Origin: an uncultured bacterium
GTDB lineage: Bacteria; JADJOY01
Reading direction: 5' to 3'
Length of the DNA stretch: 44,704 bases
NCBI GenBank assembly: GCA_964450125.1
Contig: CAYVDO010000006.1
Span: forward strand, 2,059 to 46,762
The notes under the pieces were generated by a model. The model was not told the DNA's origin and ran no database searches. It saw only the letters and a program-made list of their open reading frames with translations. Shown here piece by piece: positions 7,937-16,778 of the stretch. Position numbers and translations under genes: made by a program. How positions within the stretch are numbered: position 1 is the first letter of the stretch; each line of letters begins with the position of its first letter.

Positions 7937-7987
7937 GCAAGCTCGCAGTGCGGCCCCGGACCAGCACGCGTCCGCGCGAAGCGTCCG

Positions 7988-9553
7988 TCAGCGAGCTGCC
8001 ACGGGCGCAGGCATCAGCCCGGGGTCCGTCGCCAGCGCGCGCGCCGACAGCGCGCTGCGCCGCAGGCTGCGCGCGTAATGGCGGAGATAGGCGCGCTCCT
8101 CCACTCCCGCACGGCGAAGCGTCCCCGCACCGAGCGCAAGCCAGCTCACCAACGCCACCAGCGACGCCGGCCAGCGCTCGATGGCGAGTCCGCGCAAGCG
8201 CGGCCTGAGCCATCGCGGTACGAGCGGCAGCAGGCGGAACGCGAGCGCGTAGGCCGCCAAGCCGGAACGCTCGTGCGATCCGCCGCCGTCGTCCGCTCGC
8301 TCCTGCGCCGTGTCGTGATAGCCGACGAGCTCGCCACCGGCGATGGCCTCCGCCTGCTCCGGCGACACGGTCCCCGCGGCGAGCGCTCGCGTGAGCATCT
8401 CGGTGCCGGGAAAGTACGTCGCCCAGTAGACCGAGATGCGCGTCGGGGTGTGTGCCGCATAGAAGTCGAGTGCGCGCTCCTGGGAGTCCGCGGGCTCGTC
8501 GGGAAGTCCCAGGATGTGGTCGACCTGAACGGGCACGCCCTGGGCCTCGAGGTTTCGGATCGCGTGCTCCACCTGCCCGGTGCGCTCGTAGCGTTTGAGT
8601 GTCGAGCGCTTGAACTCGTCGTCGACCGACTGGACGCCGACCTGCACCCCCACGCAACCCGAATCGGCGAGCCAGCGGGCGACCTCGGCATCCAGGTAGC
8701 GCGGATGACTCATGCAACGGAACGGCGCCGCGACCTCGCTCCTGTAGCGCGCCAAGAATGGCGCGAGCCATTCCTTGTCCACGGTGAACACGTCGTCCTG
8801 GAAGTTCACCAGCCGCAAGCGTCCGTAACGGCGTCGCGCTCTCACCAATTCGTCGAGCACGTGGTCCGCACCGCGCTGGCGCACGTACTTTCCGCGCGGC
8901 TCTTCGGGAAGCTCGACGAAGAAATTGTTGAAGCAGAACGTACAGCGGTACGGACAACCCCTGGACGCCATCGTCAGGTAGACGTCCGCGACGTCCAGAT
9001 GATCGTCCCAGAGCGTCTTGTCGAAATGCGGAAGGGAGTCGAGGTCCGAGAAGAACGGGAGCTGGCGTCCCGAGAGCATCCGGCCGTCCGCGCCTCGGTA
9101 GCGCAGGTTCGGGATCGCGCTGGGCTCTTCGCCACGCTCGAGCGCAGCCAGGAGCTGGGGGAACGCCACGTCGCCCTCGCCGACGCACACGAAATCGACG
9201 CAGTCTTCGGCCAACACTCGGTCCGGAACCGCGGAGGCATGCACTCCGCCGAACACCACGCGCAGCTCCGGCAGAACGCGTTTGGCCGCGCGGGCCACGT
9301 CGATCATCCATCGGTACGAGTTCGTCAGCGCCGAGCACGCCAGCACATCCGGACGCTGGGCACGAATCGCCGCCAGCACCTGGGCGCCGTCGTCGAGCCG
9401 TCGCGCCAGCGCTGGCACGCGCAAGAAATAACGGTCGTCGAAGAGCGCCGCCGAGAAGGCGAGCCCCACGTCGTGACCGTCGCGGCGTGCGAGTGCCGCG
9501 AGCAAGCTCACGGAGAGCTGCTCGCAGCCGATGCCGAGGAAAGTCACACGCAC
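7988..9553 (-). CDS. B12-binding-domain radical SAM protein (class B), with a C-terminal hydrophobic extension
   Basis: CxxxCxxC cluster motif ASRGCPYRCTFC. The N-terminal cobalamin-binding-type Rossmann segment is ...DVLACSALTNSYRWMIDVARAAKRVLPELRVVFGGVHASAVPD. Start taken as GTG 9553 (VRVTFLGIG), 31 nt after the upstream stop. The longer track ORF overlaps the preceding gene. Confidence 0.85.
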   Translation of the reverse strand: MRVTFLGIGCEQLSVSLLAALARRDGHDVGLAFSAALFDDRYFLRVPALARRLDDGAQVLAAIRAQRPDVLACSALTNSYRWMIDVARAAKRVLPELRVVFGGVHASAVPDRVLAEDCVDFVCVGEGDVAFPQLLAALERGEEPSAIPNLRYRGADGRMLSGRQLPFFSDLDSLPHFDKTLWDDHLDVADVYLTMASRGCPYRCTFCFNNFFVELPEEPRGKYVRQRGADHVLDELVRARRRYGRLRLVNFQDDVFTVDKEWLAPFLARYRSEVAAPFRCMSHPRYLDAEVARWLADSGCVGVQVGVQSVDDEFKRSTLKRYERTGQVEHAIRNLEAQGVPVQVDHILGLPDEPADSQERALDFYAAHTPTRISVYWATYFPGTEMLTRALAAGTVSPEQAEAIAGGELVGYHDTAQERADDGGGSHERSGLAAYALAFRLLPLVPRWLRPRLRGLAIERWPASLVALVSWLALGAGTLRRAGVEERAYLRHYARSLRRSALSARALATDPGLMPAPVAAR

Positions 9554-9584
9554 GTGCGGGTCCTCGACGGGAGAGCGTCCGGCA

Positions 9585-10952
9585 TCACGCAAACACCCGC
9601 CACGCGCGGCTCGCGAGATGGCGAAAATGCGCCCAGCTTCGCATCTGCCGCAGCATGCCGAAGAAGGCGCGGGGCCGCAGATAGAAACGTAGGAAAGCGC
9701 GCCGCTGCCAGGCGCCCACGTCGAGCGCGTCATGCCGGGGCGTGCCGCCGCCGGTGGTCAGGTAACGCTCCCACGACGGTTGCTCGTCGTCCGCGCCCGC
9801 CGCCGCCGGTGTGCCCGGGAGCGGCAGGAAATTCGAGAACTGAGCGTGGTCGAGCGCGAGGTCGAGGCTCAGGCGAACGGTGGCGCGCACGTCGTCCTCG
9901 GTCTCGTCCGGATAGCCGAGGATGAAGAATCCGGTGGTGCGGATCCCGAGCCGCCTGGCGATGGCGAGCTTCACCTCGACCATTCGCAGGTCGAGGTCCT
10001 TCTGCATCGCCTGCAGCACCCGCGGCGAGCCGGACTCGATCCCAACGGCGAACGCCACCAGCCCGGCGCGACGCATGAGTGCCAGCAGCTCCTCGTCGAC
10101 GGTGTCGAGACGCATGCCGTTGGGGCAGCACCAGCTCACCCGCCGTGGGAGCGACAGCAGCGCCTCGCAGAACGCGCGCACCACCTTGCGGTTGGTGGTG
10201 AAGTTGTCGTCCTCCAGGTGCAGCTCGCGCACGCCGTAGCGGTTCACGAGCACGTCGATCTCGGCGAGCACGTTTTCCATGCTCCGCACGCGCAAACGCC
10301 GCCCCGCAGTGCTCACCGCGTCGCAGAACGCACACAGGTACGGGCAACCGCGAGTCACCAGGAACGGCGCCACCGGGAATTCGTCGGCCACCACCCCGTG
10401 CGGCGCCGGCGGGTACGAAGCCGGCGGCATCAGGTCCCAGGCCGGGAACGGAATCGCGTCGAGATCCTCCGCGAAGCGCGTCGGCGACGTGACCACGCGC
10501 TCGCCATCGCGCCACGCGAGATTCTCGACGCCCTCGGGCCCCCGCGCCCCAGCGAGCGCCTCGAGAAGCTCGACGATGCCGCGCTCGGCCTCGCCGCGAA
10601 ACGCGTAGTCGACCACGGGCAGGTACTCCAGAGCGTGCTCGGGATCGGCGCTCGCATGCGGCCCTCCGAGAACCAGCGTCGCATCGGAGAAGCGGCGTCG
10701 TGCGATCCCCGCGAGCTCGCGCACCTGCGGCAAGTCGCACGAAAACGACTGGAAGCCCACGACGTCGTAGTGTGCGTCCGCGAGCCGCGCCGCGAAGCGT
10801 CGTGCGTCGAGCCGATCGCGCATGCCGTCGAGAACAGCCACCTCGTGCCCAGCACGGCTCAGCACGGCGCCGAGGTAGCCGAGGCCCAAGCTCGGCACCA
10901 CGGTGGGAATCCGCCGGCTCCACGGCCGCACCAGCAGCACTCGCGCGCTCAC
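9585..10952 (-). CDS. B12-binding-domain radical SAM protein (class B)
   Basis: CxxxCxxC motif VTRGCPYLCAFC. The B12-binding-type N-terminus is VLLVRPW...YDVVGFQSFSCDLPQVRELAGIARRRFSDATLVLGGPHASADPE. Start proposed at GTG 10952 (VSARVLLVRP). The in-frame upstream extension to 11342 has poor third-position GC near the gene and no homology signal. Confidence 0.85.
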   Translation of the reverse strand: MSARVLLVRPWSRRIPTVVPSLGLGYLGAVLSRAGHEVAVLDGMRDRLDARRFAARLADAHYDVVGFQSFSCDLPQVRELAGIARRRFSDATLVLGGPHASADPEHALEYLPVVDYAFRGEAERGIVELLEALAGARGPEGVENLAWRDGERVVTSPTRFAEDLDAIPFPAWDLMPPASYPPAPHGVVADEFPVAPFLVTRGCPYLCAFCDAVSTAGRRLRVRSMENVLAEIDVLVNRYGVRELHLEDDNFTTNRKVVRAFCEALLSLPRRVSWCCPNGMRLDTVDEELLALMRRAGLVAFAVGIESGSPRVLQAMQKDLDLRMVEVKLAIARRLGIRTTGFFILGYPDETEDDVRATVRLSLDLALDHAQFSNFLPLPGTPAAAGADDEQPSWERYLTTGGGTPRHDALDVGAWQRRAFLRFYLRPRAFFGMLRQMRSWAHFRHLASRAWRVFA

Positions 10953-11092
10953 GGCTCGGCTCGGCCGTCCGCCGCGTGGCGAAGCGAATGCAGGAACGAA
11001 TGCGAGAGGCGCTGGCTCGTGCGGAGGTCCACGGTCTCGAGGCGGCCGCAAGGGGGAGCCGAGCTTACACCGCTCGCGACGAGGCCGACCAA
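10949..11092 (-). CDS. speculative small ORF (47 aa, TTG start) whose TGA overlaps the proposed GTG start of the radical SAM gene
   Basis: The frame shows a codon-position GC pattern typical of coding (position 1 high, position 2 low, position 3 highest, counted by hand over ~47 codons). It ends in a GTGA overlap like other coupled genes here. Peptide: MVGLVASGVSSAPPCGRLETVDLRTSQRLSHSFLHSLRHAADGRAEP. There is no good RBS and no homology. An antisense plus-strand ORF (10988-11140) is an alternative explanation for the same signal. Confidence 0.2.
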   Translation of the reverse strand: MVGLVASGVSSAPPCGRLETVDLRTSQRLSHSFLHSLRHAADGRAEP

Positions 11093-11378
11093 CTGCGGGC
11101 CACTCGGTGGTGGGTCGGTTTGCCTGGCATGCGCCGTTGAGGTCGCGAGGGTCTGGGGACTCGTCGTCGGGCACGGCTCGCCCTCTCTCGACTCCGTGGA
11201 ACCGGAGGCTCGCCTCGAGCCGCGGCCACGCGATGGGGCTCACCGCCCACGAGCGCGACTCGGGATGCGTGGCCGCGGAGCGCCCTTCGACGTGCTCCCA
11301 GTCCCTCACGCCTGGAAGGGGCTCAGCACGAAACTGACCCACTACCGGCCACTCGGACCCGAGCCGGATGCAACGACG

Positions 11379-13133
11379 TCACCTGTCCACCTCCCCTCCG
11401 GCCTCGGGCACGTCGATCGCGAACAATCCTGCAGCACTGCCCACCAACACCCGCCGCTGATCGTGCGTGAGCGAGACGATACGTGGACGTTTGCCGACCT
11501 GGACCGTGCGCAGGTGGGCCAGATCGCTGCCGCGGTGGAAGAACACCGTGCCGTCGACCCAACCGGCGCCGATCACGACGTCGCGTTCGGCGGCGTACGC
11601 GAGGAAGCGCCCGCCCATCGGCACGTTCACGCGCGCGGTCTCGCGACGGCCGACGAGATCGACTGCGTGCAGCGCGCCTTGCTGGGTGGAGAGCACGAAC
11701 GCACGTCGAGAATCCCCGACTACGTCGTGCGAGGCGAGATTCGGTACGGCGCTCAAGAAGGCGCGCCAATCCCCGTCGAGGACGAGCTCCCACGTCGTCT
11801 CGAGGTGCGCCGTACAGCCATCGCACGACGGCTGCGTACCCGAGCGATCGGCGCGCAGCACGCGCTCGCTCACGACCCCGTCATGCACGGCGAGGATGCG
11901 GTGCCCGGGCAGTGGCAGCACACCGAACGAGAACGAGCGGTCCTCGGCGAGCAGCGCGCCGCTCCGCAGGTCGTGGACGCGGATCGTGTTGCGCGACGAG
12001 TCGAGATGCCAGAGCAAGTCGCGCTCCACCGCGAGCTCGATTCGGCCCGGCCCGGCAGGCACGCCGTACACCGTTGCGCGCGGCTGGGTCCATGGAAAGT
12101 GCTCCGGGTCGAGTTCGAGCAATCGTCCGGTGCCTGCGTCACCGACCCACGCCCGTGCCTCGTCACAGGCGAACACGGCCGCGTCGAGCGGCTGAGTCGC
12201 ATCCAGAATCGGCGTGAGCGCACGCGATTCCAGGTCTAGGGCGAAGAGCCCGTGCGTCGTGCGACGGTCGGTCACGATCGCGTGGCGATCCACGCAATCC
12301 GGCACCACCGAGTAGACCTGGGTCTCGGCCGTGAGCGCCGAGGCTCGCGAGCCCAGCAACAGCTCGACTCCCGGCTGCGAGCCGAGCACGACGGGATCGG
12401 AACGATCCGGGGAGTAATAGAGCGCACCGCCCAAGGCCCCGGTTCCGAGCAGCATCAAGAAGCTCGAGGTCAGATGAGGCCCGACGCGCTTCAGCACCGA
12501 GGGCCGGAGCCAAGCGACGTCGATCACCAGCGGAACCACCAAGAGCGCCAGCCCACCAAGCATGCGCGGTGGTGCAAAACGCACCGCCCAGGCCACCCAT
12601 CCCAGGTAGGCGAACAGCACGCCGTGCAGCGCTCGCGTCCGCTTCCAGAGCACCAGGACGGCGACCGGCAAGACCACGATCACCAGCGAGGCAAACGGAT
12701 CCGCGAAGTACGCGAACCCGCGCCACAGGCACGCGACCGACCCGTACAGAACGAACCGGGACGCCCACGTGATCCCGCGAAACGAGCCGAGCCTCGCCCG
12801 TAGCCAGCCACCGCCGACCAGCGCTCCTACGAACGCGAAGCCCTGGATCCAGAACCAGCTCGGATGGAGCATCCAGGTGAGGATCAGACCGTGGAGAACG
12901 AGCAGGATCGCGCGATTGCCGGTGCGCAGTCCCCAACGCGCGAGGCCGAGCACGCGATCCAGGCTCGTGGCTCGTCCGATGGGAGACTCGAAATCCGTCA
13001 CGACCTGGTTCACTGCGCCTCGTGCACAGGGTGCATCGGTCTCGGCCCCGGCCTCAGTCTCCGTGGGCTCGGCTGCCCGCGCCCCTCGTGCTCGGTCCCA
13101 CGTACGAGCCCGCCGCTTCCCGCTCGCGAGCAT
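11379..13133 (-). CDS. polytopic membrane protein with a C-terminal beta-propeller-like domain (hypothetical)
   Basis: 584 aa. The N-terminal ~230 aa contain about 6 hydrophobic helices (e.g. AILLVLHGLILTWML, GFAFVGALVGGGW, LVIVVLPVAVLVLW, GVLFAYLGWVAWAV, LGGLALLVVPLVIDVAW, FLMLLGTGALGGALYY). The C-terminal ~340 aa show repeated short beta-strand/turn units (propeller-like, inference). Start uncertain. Confidence 0.7.
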   Translation of the reverse strand: MLASGKRRARTWDRARGARAAEPTETEAGAETDAPCARGAVNQVVTDFESPIGRATSLDRVLGLARWGLRTGNRAILLVLHGLILTWMLHPSWFWIQGFAFVGALVGGGWLRARLGSFRGITWASRFVLYGSVACLWRGFAYFADPFASLVIVVLPVAVLVLWKRTRALHGVLFAYLGWVAWAVRFAPPRMLGGLALLVVPLVIDVAWLRPSVLKRVGPHLTSSFLMLLGTGALGGALYYSPDRSDPVVLGSQPGVELLLGSRASALTAETQVYSVVPDCVDRHAIVTDRRTTHGLFALDLESRALTPILDATQPLDAAVFACDEARAWVGDAGTGRLLELDPEHFPWTQPRATVYGVPAGPGRIELAVERDLLWHLDSSRNTIRVHDLRSGALLAEDRSFSFGVLPLPGHRILAVHDGVVSERVLRADRSGTQPSCDGCTAHLETTWELVLDGDWRAFLSAVPNLASHDVVGDSRRAFVLSTQQGALHAVDLVGRRETARVNVPMGGRFLAYAAERDVVIGAGWVDGTVFFHRGSDLAHLRTVQVGKRPRIVSLTHDQRRVLVGSAAGLFAIDVPEAGGEVDR

Positions 13134-13315
13134 ACGACGTCGCGCTTCGCGAGTTTGGGCCTCGCGGCGAGCGCTTGCCCTCGCCAGTCGTGGTGTGGGT
13201 TGCTGCCCGTACGCGCTCGGATGCTACGCTCTCGCCTCCCCGAGCCTCTCGCGAATCGATCGGCGTCGGCTCTGCGGCTCCACCTACCGCGAGGCCAGCG
13301 CGAGGATTCCCCTCG

Positions 13316-14332
13316 ATGATCACTCTCGTCACGGGTGCGCCTGGCTGGCTCGGTTCCCGCCTCGTGGCGCGGTTGGTCGCCGAAGGCGAGCGGGTGCGGT
13401 GCTTGGTCGAGCCAGGCCGACGCGACGAGGCGCTCACCCGACTCGGCGTCGAGCAAGTGTCCGGCGACGTGCGCGAGCCGAGCGCCGTCGCGCGCGCATG
13501 TAGCGGTGTCGCGGCGGTGTTGCACTGCGCGGGTGTCGTCCACCCCCCGCGCTTCTCGGACTATCGCGCCATCCACGTGGAGGGCACCCGTCACCTGCTC
13601 GACGCTGCAGCGCGCACCGGCGCGCGGCGCTTCTGCCTCGTGAGCTCCGAAGCGGCGCAGGGCTACAACCGCGACGGAACGGCTCTCACCGAGATCGGCC
13701 CCTGCCATCCGGAAACCGAGTACGGCCGCACCAAGCGCTCAGCCGAGCTCGTGACCCTGCAAGCGAATCGTGCGGGTGCCCTCGAGACCGTGGTGATCCG
13801 CCCCGCGATGTTCTACGGGCCGGAGCAACCCGAGCGTCGCTCGCGTCTCATGCGCATGGTGGCCTCAGGGCGCCCGCCGCTCTTCGGTTCCGGACAGAAC
13901 CGGCGCAGCATGGTCTACGTGGACAACGTCGTGGACGCGCTGCTCGCCGCGCGCTCGCGGGACGGAATCGGCGGCGAGCTCTTCTGGATCGCCGACAGCG
14001 CGACCTACACCACCCGCGGATTCTTCGAGGCGATGGCCGAGGCGCTCGGGGTGAGCCTCCACCCTCGCTCGCTTCCCGAGAGCCTCGCCGTGGGCTGTCG
14101 CGTCGTCTCGCGAACCCTCGAGCGTTTCCACGTCCATTCCCTCGACCTCCACGTCGTCGGCGAGTCCCCGAGGGATTTCTTCTGTTCCAACGCCAAAGCC
14201 GTGGCCGAGCTCGGCTGGAAGCCCGCCGTCGGGCTCCGCGATGGGCTACGCGCTGCCGTCGAATGGTGGCGCGCACACGAATCCGGCGCGGCGAGGGAGA
14301 TGGCCCGCACGGTACCCGCCGCGCAAGGGTGA
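13316..14332 (+). CDS. NAD-dependent epimerase/dehydratase family protein (extended SDR)
   Basis: Start at MITLVTGAPGWLGSRLV (glycine-rich NAD motif). Catalytic YGRTK (YxxxK) is present. 338 aa. The upstream part of the track ORF (13022-13315) was discarded. Confidence 0.9.
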   Translation: MITLVTGAPGWLGSRLVARLVAEGERVRCLVEPGRRDEALTRLGVEQVSGDVREPSAVARACSGVAAVLHCAGVVHPPRFSDYRAIHVEGTRHLLDAAARTGARRFCLVSSEAAQGYNRDGTALTEIGPCHPETEYGRTKRSAELVTLQANRAGALETVVIRPAMFYGPEQPERRSRLMRMVASGRPPLFGSGQNRRSMVYVDNVVDALLAARSRDGIGGELFWIADSATYTTRGFFEAMAEALGVSLHPRSLPESLAVGCRVVSRTLERFHVHSLDLHVVGESPRDFFCSNAKAVAELGWKPAVGLRDGLRAAVEWWRAHESGAAREMARTVPAAQG

Positions 14333-14441
14333 GCCACGTGAAACCAGCCGTGAATTCGCGGCGTGCGGGTGGTAGAGTCGCGCGCTTTCGCGCGCGCAGC
14401 GCGCAACTCTTCACACGGTTCGCTTCGGGTCGGGGATCGCC

Positions 14442-15359
14442 ATGACGGTGCAAGCCAAAAAACTGTGGCTCGACGGGAAAATGCTGGATTGGAAGGACGG
14501 CACGACGCACGTGCTGACCCACACGCTTCACTACGGCGTAGGGGTCTTCGAAGGGATCCGCTGCTACAAGACCACCGATGGCAAGAGCGCCGTGTTCCGC
14601 CTCCCCGAGCACGTGCGCCGCTTGCGCCACTCGGCCCACGCGGTCTTCCTGAAGGTGCCCTACTCCGACGAGCAGATCAGCCAGGCGATCTTGGACGTCT
14701 TGGCCGCCAACGAGCTCGCCGAGGCCTACATCCGGCCGCTGGTCTTCCTGGGCGCCGGAACCATGGGCCTCTACCCCGACAAGAATCCCATCCAGGTGAT
14801 GATTGCCGCGTGGTCGTGGGGTGCGTATCTCGGCGAGGAAGGCCTCAAACACGGCATTCGCGTCCGGGTGTCTTCCTATATACGCCCCCACGTCAACTCG
14901 TTCATGACCAAAGCCAAGGTCTGCGGCGGGTACGTCAACTCGTACCTGGCCAAGATGGAGGCGAAGCGCGACGGCTACGACGAGGCGCTCTTCCTCGACA
15001 CCGAAGGCTACGTCTGCGAGGCGAGCGGGGAGAACGTGTTCCTGGTGCGCGATGGCGTCATCAAGACGCCGCCGCTCACTGCCGCCCTTCCCGGCATCAC
15101 CCGGGACTCGGTGATGACGCTGGCGCACGATCGCGGCATCCCGGTGATCGAGACCCGCTTCAGCCGGGACGAGGTCTACATGGCCGACGAGTTCTTCATG
15201 ACCGGCACCGCTGCCGAGCTGACGCCCGTCCGCGAGCTGGACGGACGCGCCATCGGTACCGGCAAGCCCGGGCCGATCACCCAGACGCTGCAGGACGCGT
15301 ACTTCCGTGCGGTCAAGGGCGCGGACGATCGCCATCGGAGCTGGCTCACCTACCTGTGA
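14442..15359 (+). CDS. ilvE: branched-chain-amino-acid aminotransferase (class IV)
   Basis: 305 aa. The N-terminus has the typical ...LWLDGKMLDWKDGTTHVLTHTLHYGVGVFEGIRCY and the length is typical of the family. Confidence 0.95.
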   Translation: MTVQAKKLWLDGKMLDWKDGTTHVLTHTLHYGVGVFEGIRCYKTTDGKSAVFRLPEHVRRLRHSAHAVFLKVPYSDEQISQAILDVLAANELAEAYIRPLVFLGAGTMGLYPDKNPIQVMIAAWSWGAYLGEEGLKHGIRVRVSSYIRPHVNSFMTKAKVCGGYVNSYLAKMEAKRDGYDEALFLDTEGYVCEASGENVFLVRDGVIKTPPLTAALPGITRDSVMTLAHDRGIPVIETRFSRDEVYMADEFFMTGTAAELTPVRELDGRAIGTGKPGPITQTLQDAYFRAVKGADDRHRSWLTYL

Positions 15360-15386
15360 GCGTCGCCACTCGGGCACGTCCTTCCC

Positions 15387-16778
15387 ATGGCTGCCGAGCT
15401 CGAGGAGCTGCTCGATCAGATCGCCAAAGGGAAAGCCTTTCCTGCCTATCTGATCACCGGCGAGGCCGAGCAGAGCCTGCGTGACGCCGCTCGCCGCCTC
15501 GCCTACGCGATCGTCCCCGAGGCGGACCGCACCTTCAACCTGGTGAAGTACGACGGCGCAGCCACGCGCGCCTCGGAGGTCGCCGACGACCTGTGCTCGG
15601 TGTCGATGCTCGGCGGCCGGCGCGTGGTGCTGGTGCTGGGCGCCACCTTCCTCTCGGGCAAGCGTGAGCAAGCCGAGGTCGTGAACGAGCTGGTCGATCT
15701 GTGGGAACAGGGCCGACAGGACGAATCCGCTCGCAAGGCGATCGTGTTCTTCTCCGAGGCCGGCTTCTCGCTCGACGACCTGGCGCGCGGCACCAAGACC
15801 GCGCTCGATGCGATCAACAAGTCGCTCGGCACCGCCATCGCCAAAGGCGATCGCGTGGACCAGTGGCGCGCCGCGCTCCACGCCAAGCTCACGCGCGACA
15901 AGCGGGACATCCCGCCGCCGAGCGGCGGCACCGCTTTGCTGGCGAGTGCGCTCGCCAGTGAACGCACCGCGGCCAACACGCTGATCGTGACCGCGCGCAA
16001 GGTCGAACGCACGCACCCGGTGGTACGCGAGATCAAGGAGCGCGGCCGTGTCCTCGCCCTCGACGTCGCTCCCGGCAAGGATGCCGATCGGCAGATCGCC
16101 GTGACCCTCGATCGACTGGCGAAGGAGCTGGGGCTCAGGCTCGAGAGCGACGCCCGCAGCGCACTCCTCGAGCGTGTGCCGCCCGATCCCGAGCGCATGA
16201 CCCGCGAGGTGGAGAAGATCGCGACCTATATGGGCGACGCCCGTGTGGTGGACGCCGAGACCGTCGCGTTGCTGGTGGCGCGCGATCGCGAGGACCCGAT
16301 CTATCTCCTGCAAGGCAGCCTGGGCGACCGAAATCTCCCCGACACGCTGGCGCGACTGCGCGCGCTGCTCGCGAGCGGTGAGACCGACGTGATCGGCGAG
16401 GTGCTCCGCGTCGCCGCGGCGCTGGCTAGCGAGACGCGCCGGCTGCTGCGGGCGCGCGTGCTCGTCGACGGCCCGCTCGCCGGCAAGTTCGGGCGTGGCA
16501 CCTCGAGCCGCGACTTCGAGACCCGGATCTTCCCGATGCTCGGCGACTTGCCCGAGGCGCGCGCGCTGACCAGCGGCCATCCGTTCCGGTGCTATCGCAC
16601 CTTCCAGGGTGCGCTGCGCTACCACACCCTGGAGCTGGTGCGGCTGCTGCGCGGTTTCGCCGCCTTGGACCGCGCCCTCAAGAGCGCCCCCACCGATCCG
16701 GCCCTGCTCCTCGAGCGGCTCTTGGTCGAGAACCTGGCTACTGCTCCGCGCACCGAGCGGCAGCGAGGCGCTGCGTGA
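15387..16778 (+). CDS. holA: DNA polymerase III subunit delta (long form)
   Basis: The N-terminal delta-type domain reads AYLITGEAEQSLRDAARRL...FNLVKYDG...LCSVSMLGGRRVVLV. The C-terminal helical domain reads ...IYLLQGSLGDRNLPDTLARLRALLASGE. Its stop overlaps the holB start (GTGA). 463 aa, longer than the E. coli protein. Confidence 0.8.
   Translation: MAAELEELLDQIAKGKAFPAYLITGEAEQSLRDAARRLAYAIVPEADRTFNLVKYDGAATRASEVADDLCSVSMLGGRRVVLVLGATFLSGKREQAEVVNELVDLWEQGRQDESARKAIVFFSEAGFSLDDLARGTKTALDAINKSLGTAIAKGDRVDQWRAALHAKLTRDKRDIPPPSGGTALLASALASERTAANTLIVTARKVERTHPVVREIKERGRVLALDVAPGKDADRQIAVTLDRLAKELGLRLESDARSALLERVPPDPERMTREVEKIATYMGDARVVDAETVALLVARDREDPIYLLQGSLGDRNLPDTLARLRALLASGETDVIGEVLRVAAALASETRRLLRARVLVDGPLAGKFGRGTSSRDFETRIFPMLGDLPEARALTSGHPFRCYRTFQGALRYHTLELVRLLRGFAALDRALKSAPTDPALLLERLLVENLATAPRTERQRGAA

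Noticed and set aside
10953-11378. Cobalamin riboswitch upstream of the B12-type radical SAM genes
   Set aside because: It would be attractive functionally. However, reading the minus strand I could not find the conserved B12-box core (GCCACTG-type) or the usual AGGGAA / GGTG..AA.CC elements. A covariance-model scan is still needed to be sure.
11379-11381. TGA read-through or selenocysteine joining the propeller gene to the radical SAM gene (same frame, 142 stop-free codons between)
   Set aside because: A stop-free run of that length in one frame is not very improbable at this GC content. The spacer loses coding-like third-position bias near its 3' end. No SECIS-like hairpin was seen right after the TGA. 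The prfB site shows UGA is used as a normal stop.
13848-16625. 925-aa minus-strand ORF, with similar giants at 16619-19051, 26312-28993, 29016-32123, 9732-12239, 7826-9925 and 848-2236
   Set aside because: These are Arg/Pro/Ala/Gly-rich, low-complexity translations antisense to or out of frame with genes that have strong family motifs (ilvE, holA, holB, waaA, msbA, radical SAM). Such long shadow ORFs are expected in very GC-rich DNA because stop codons are rare.
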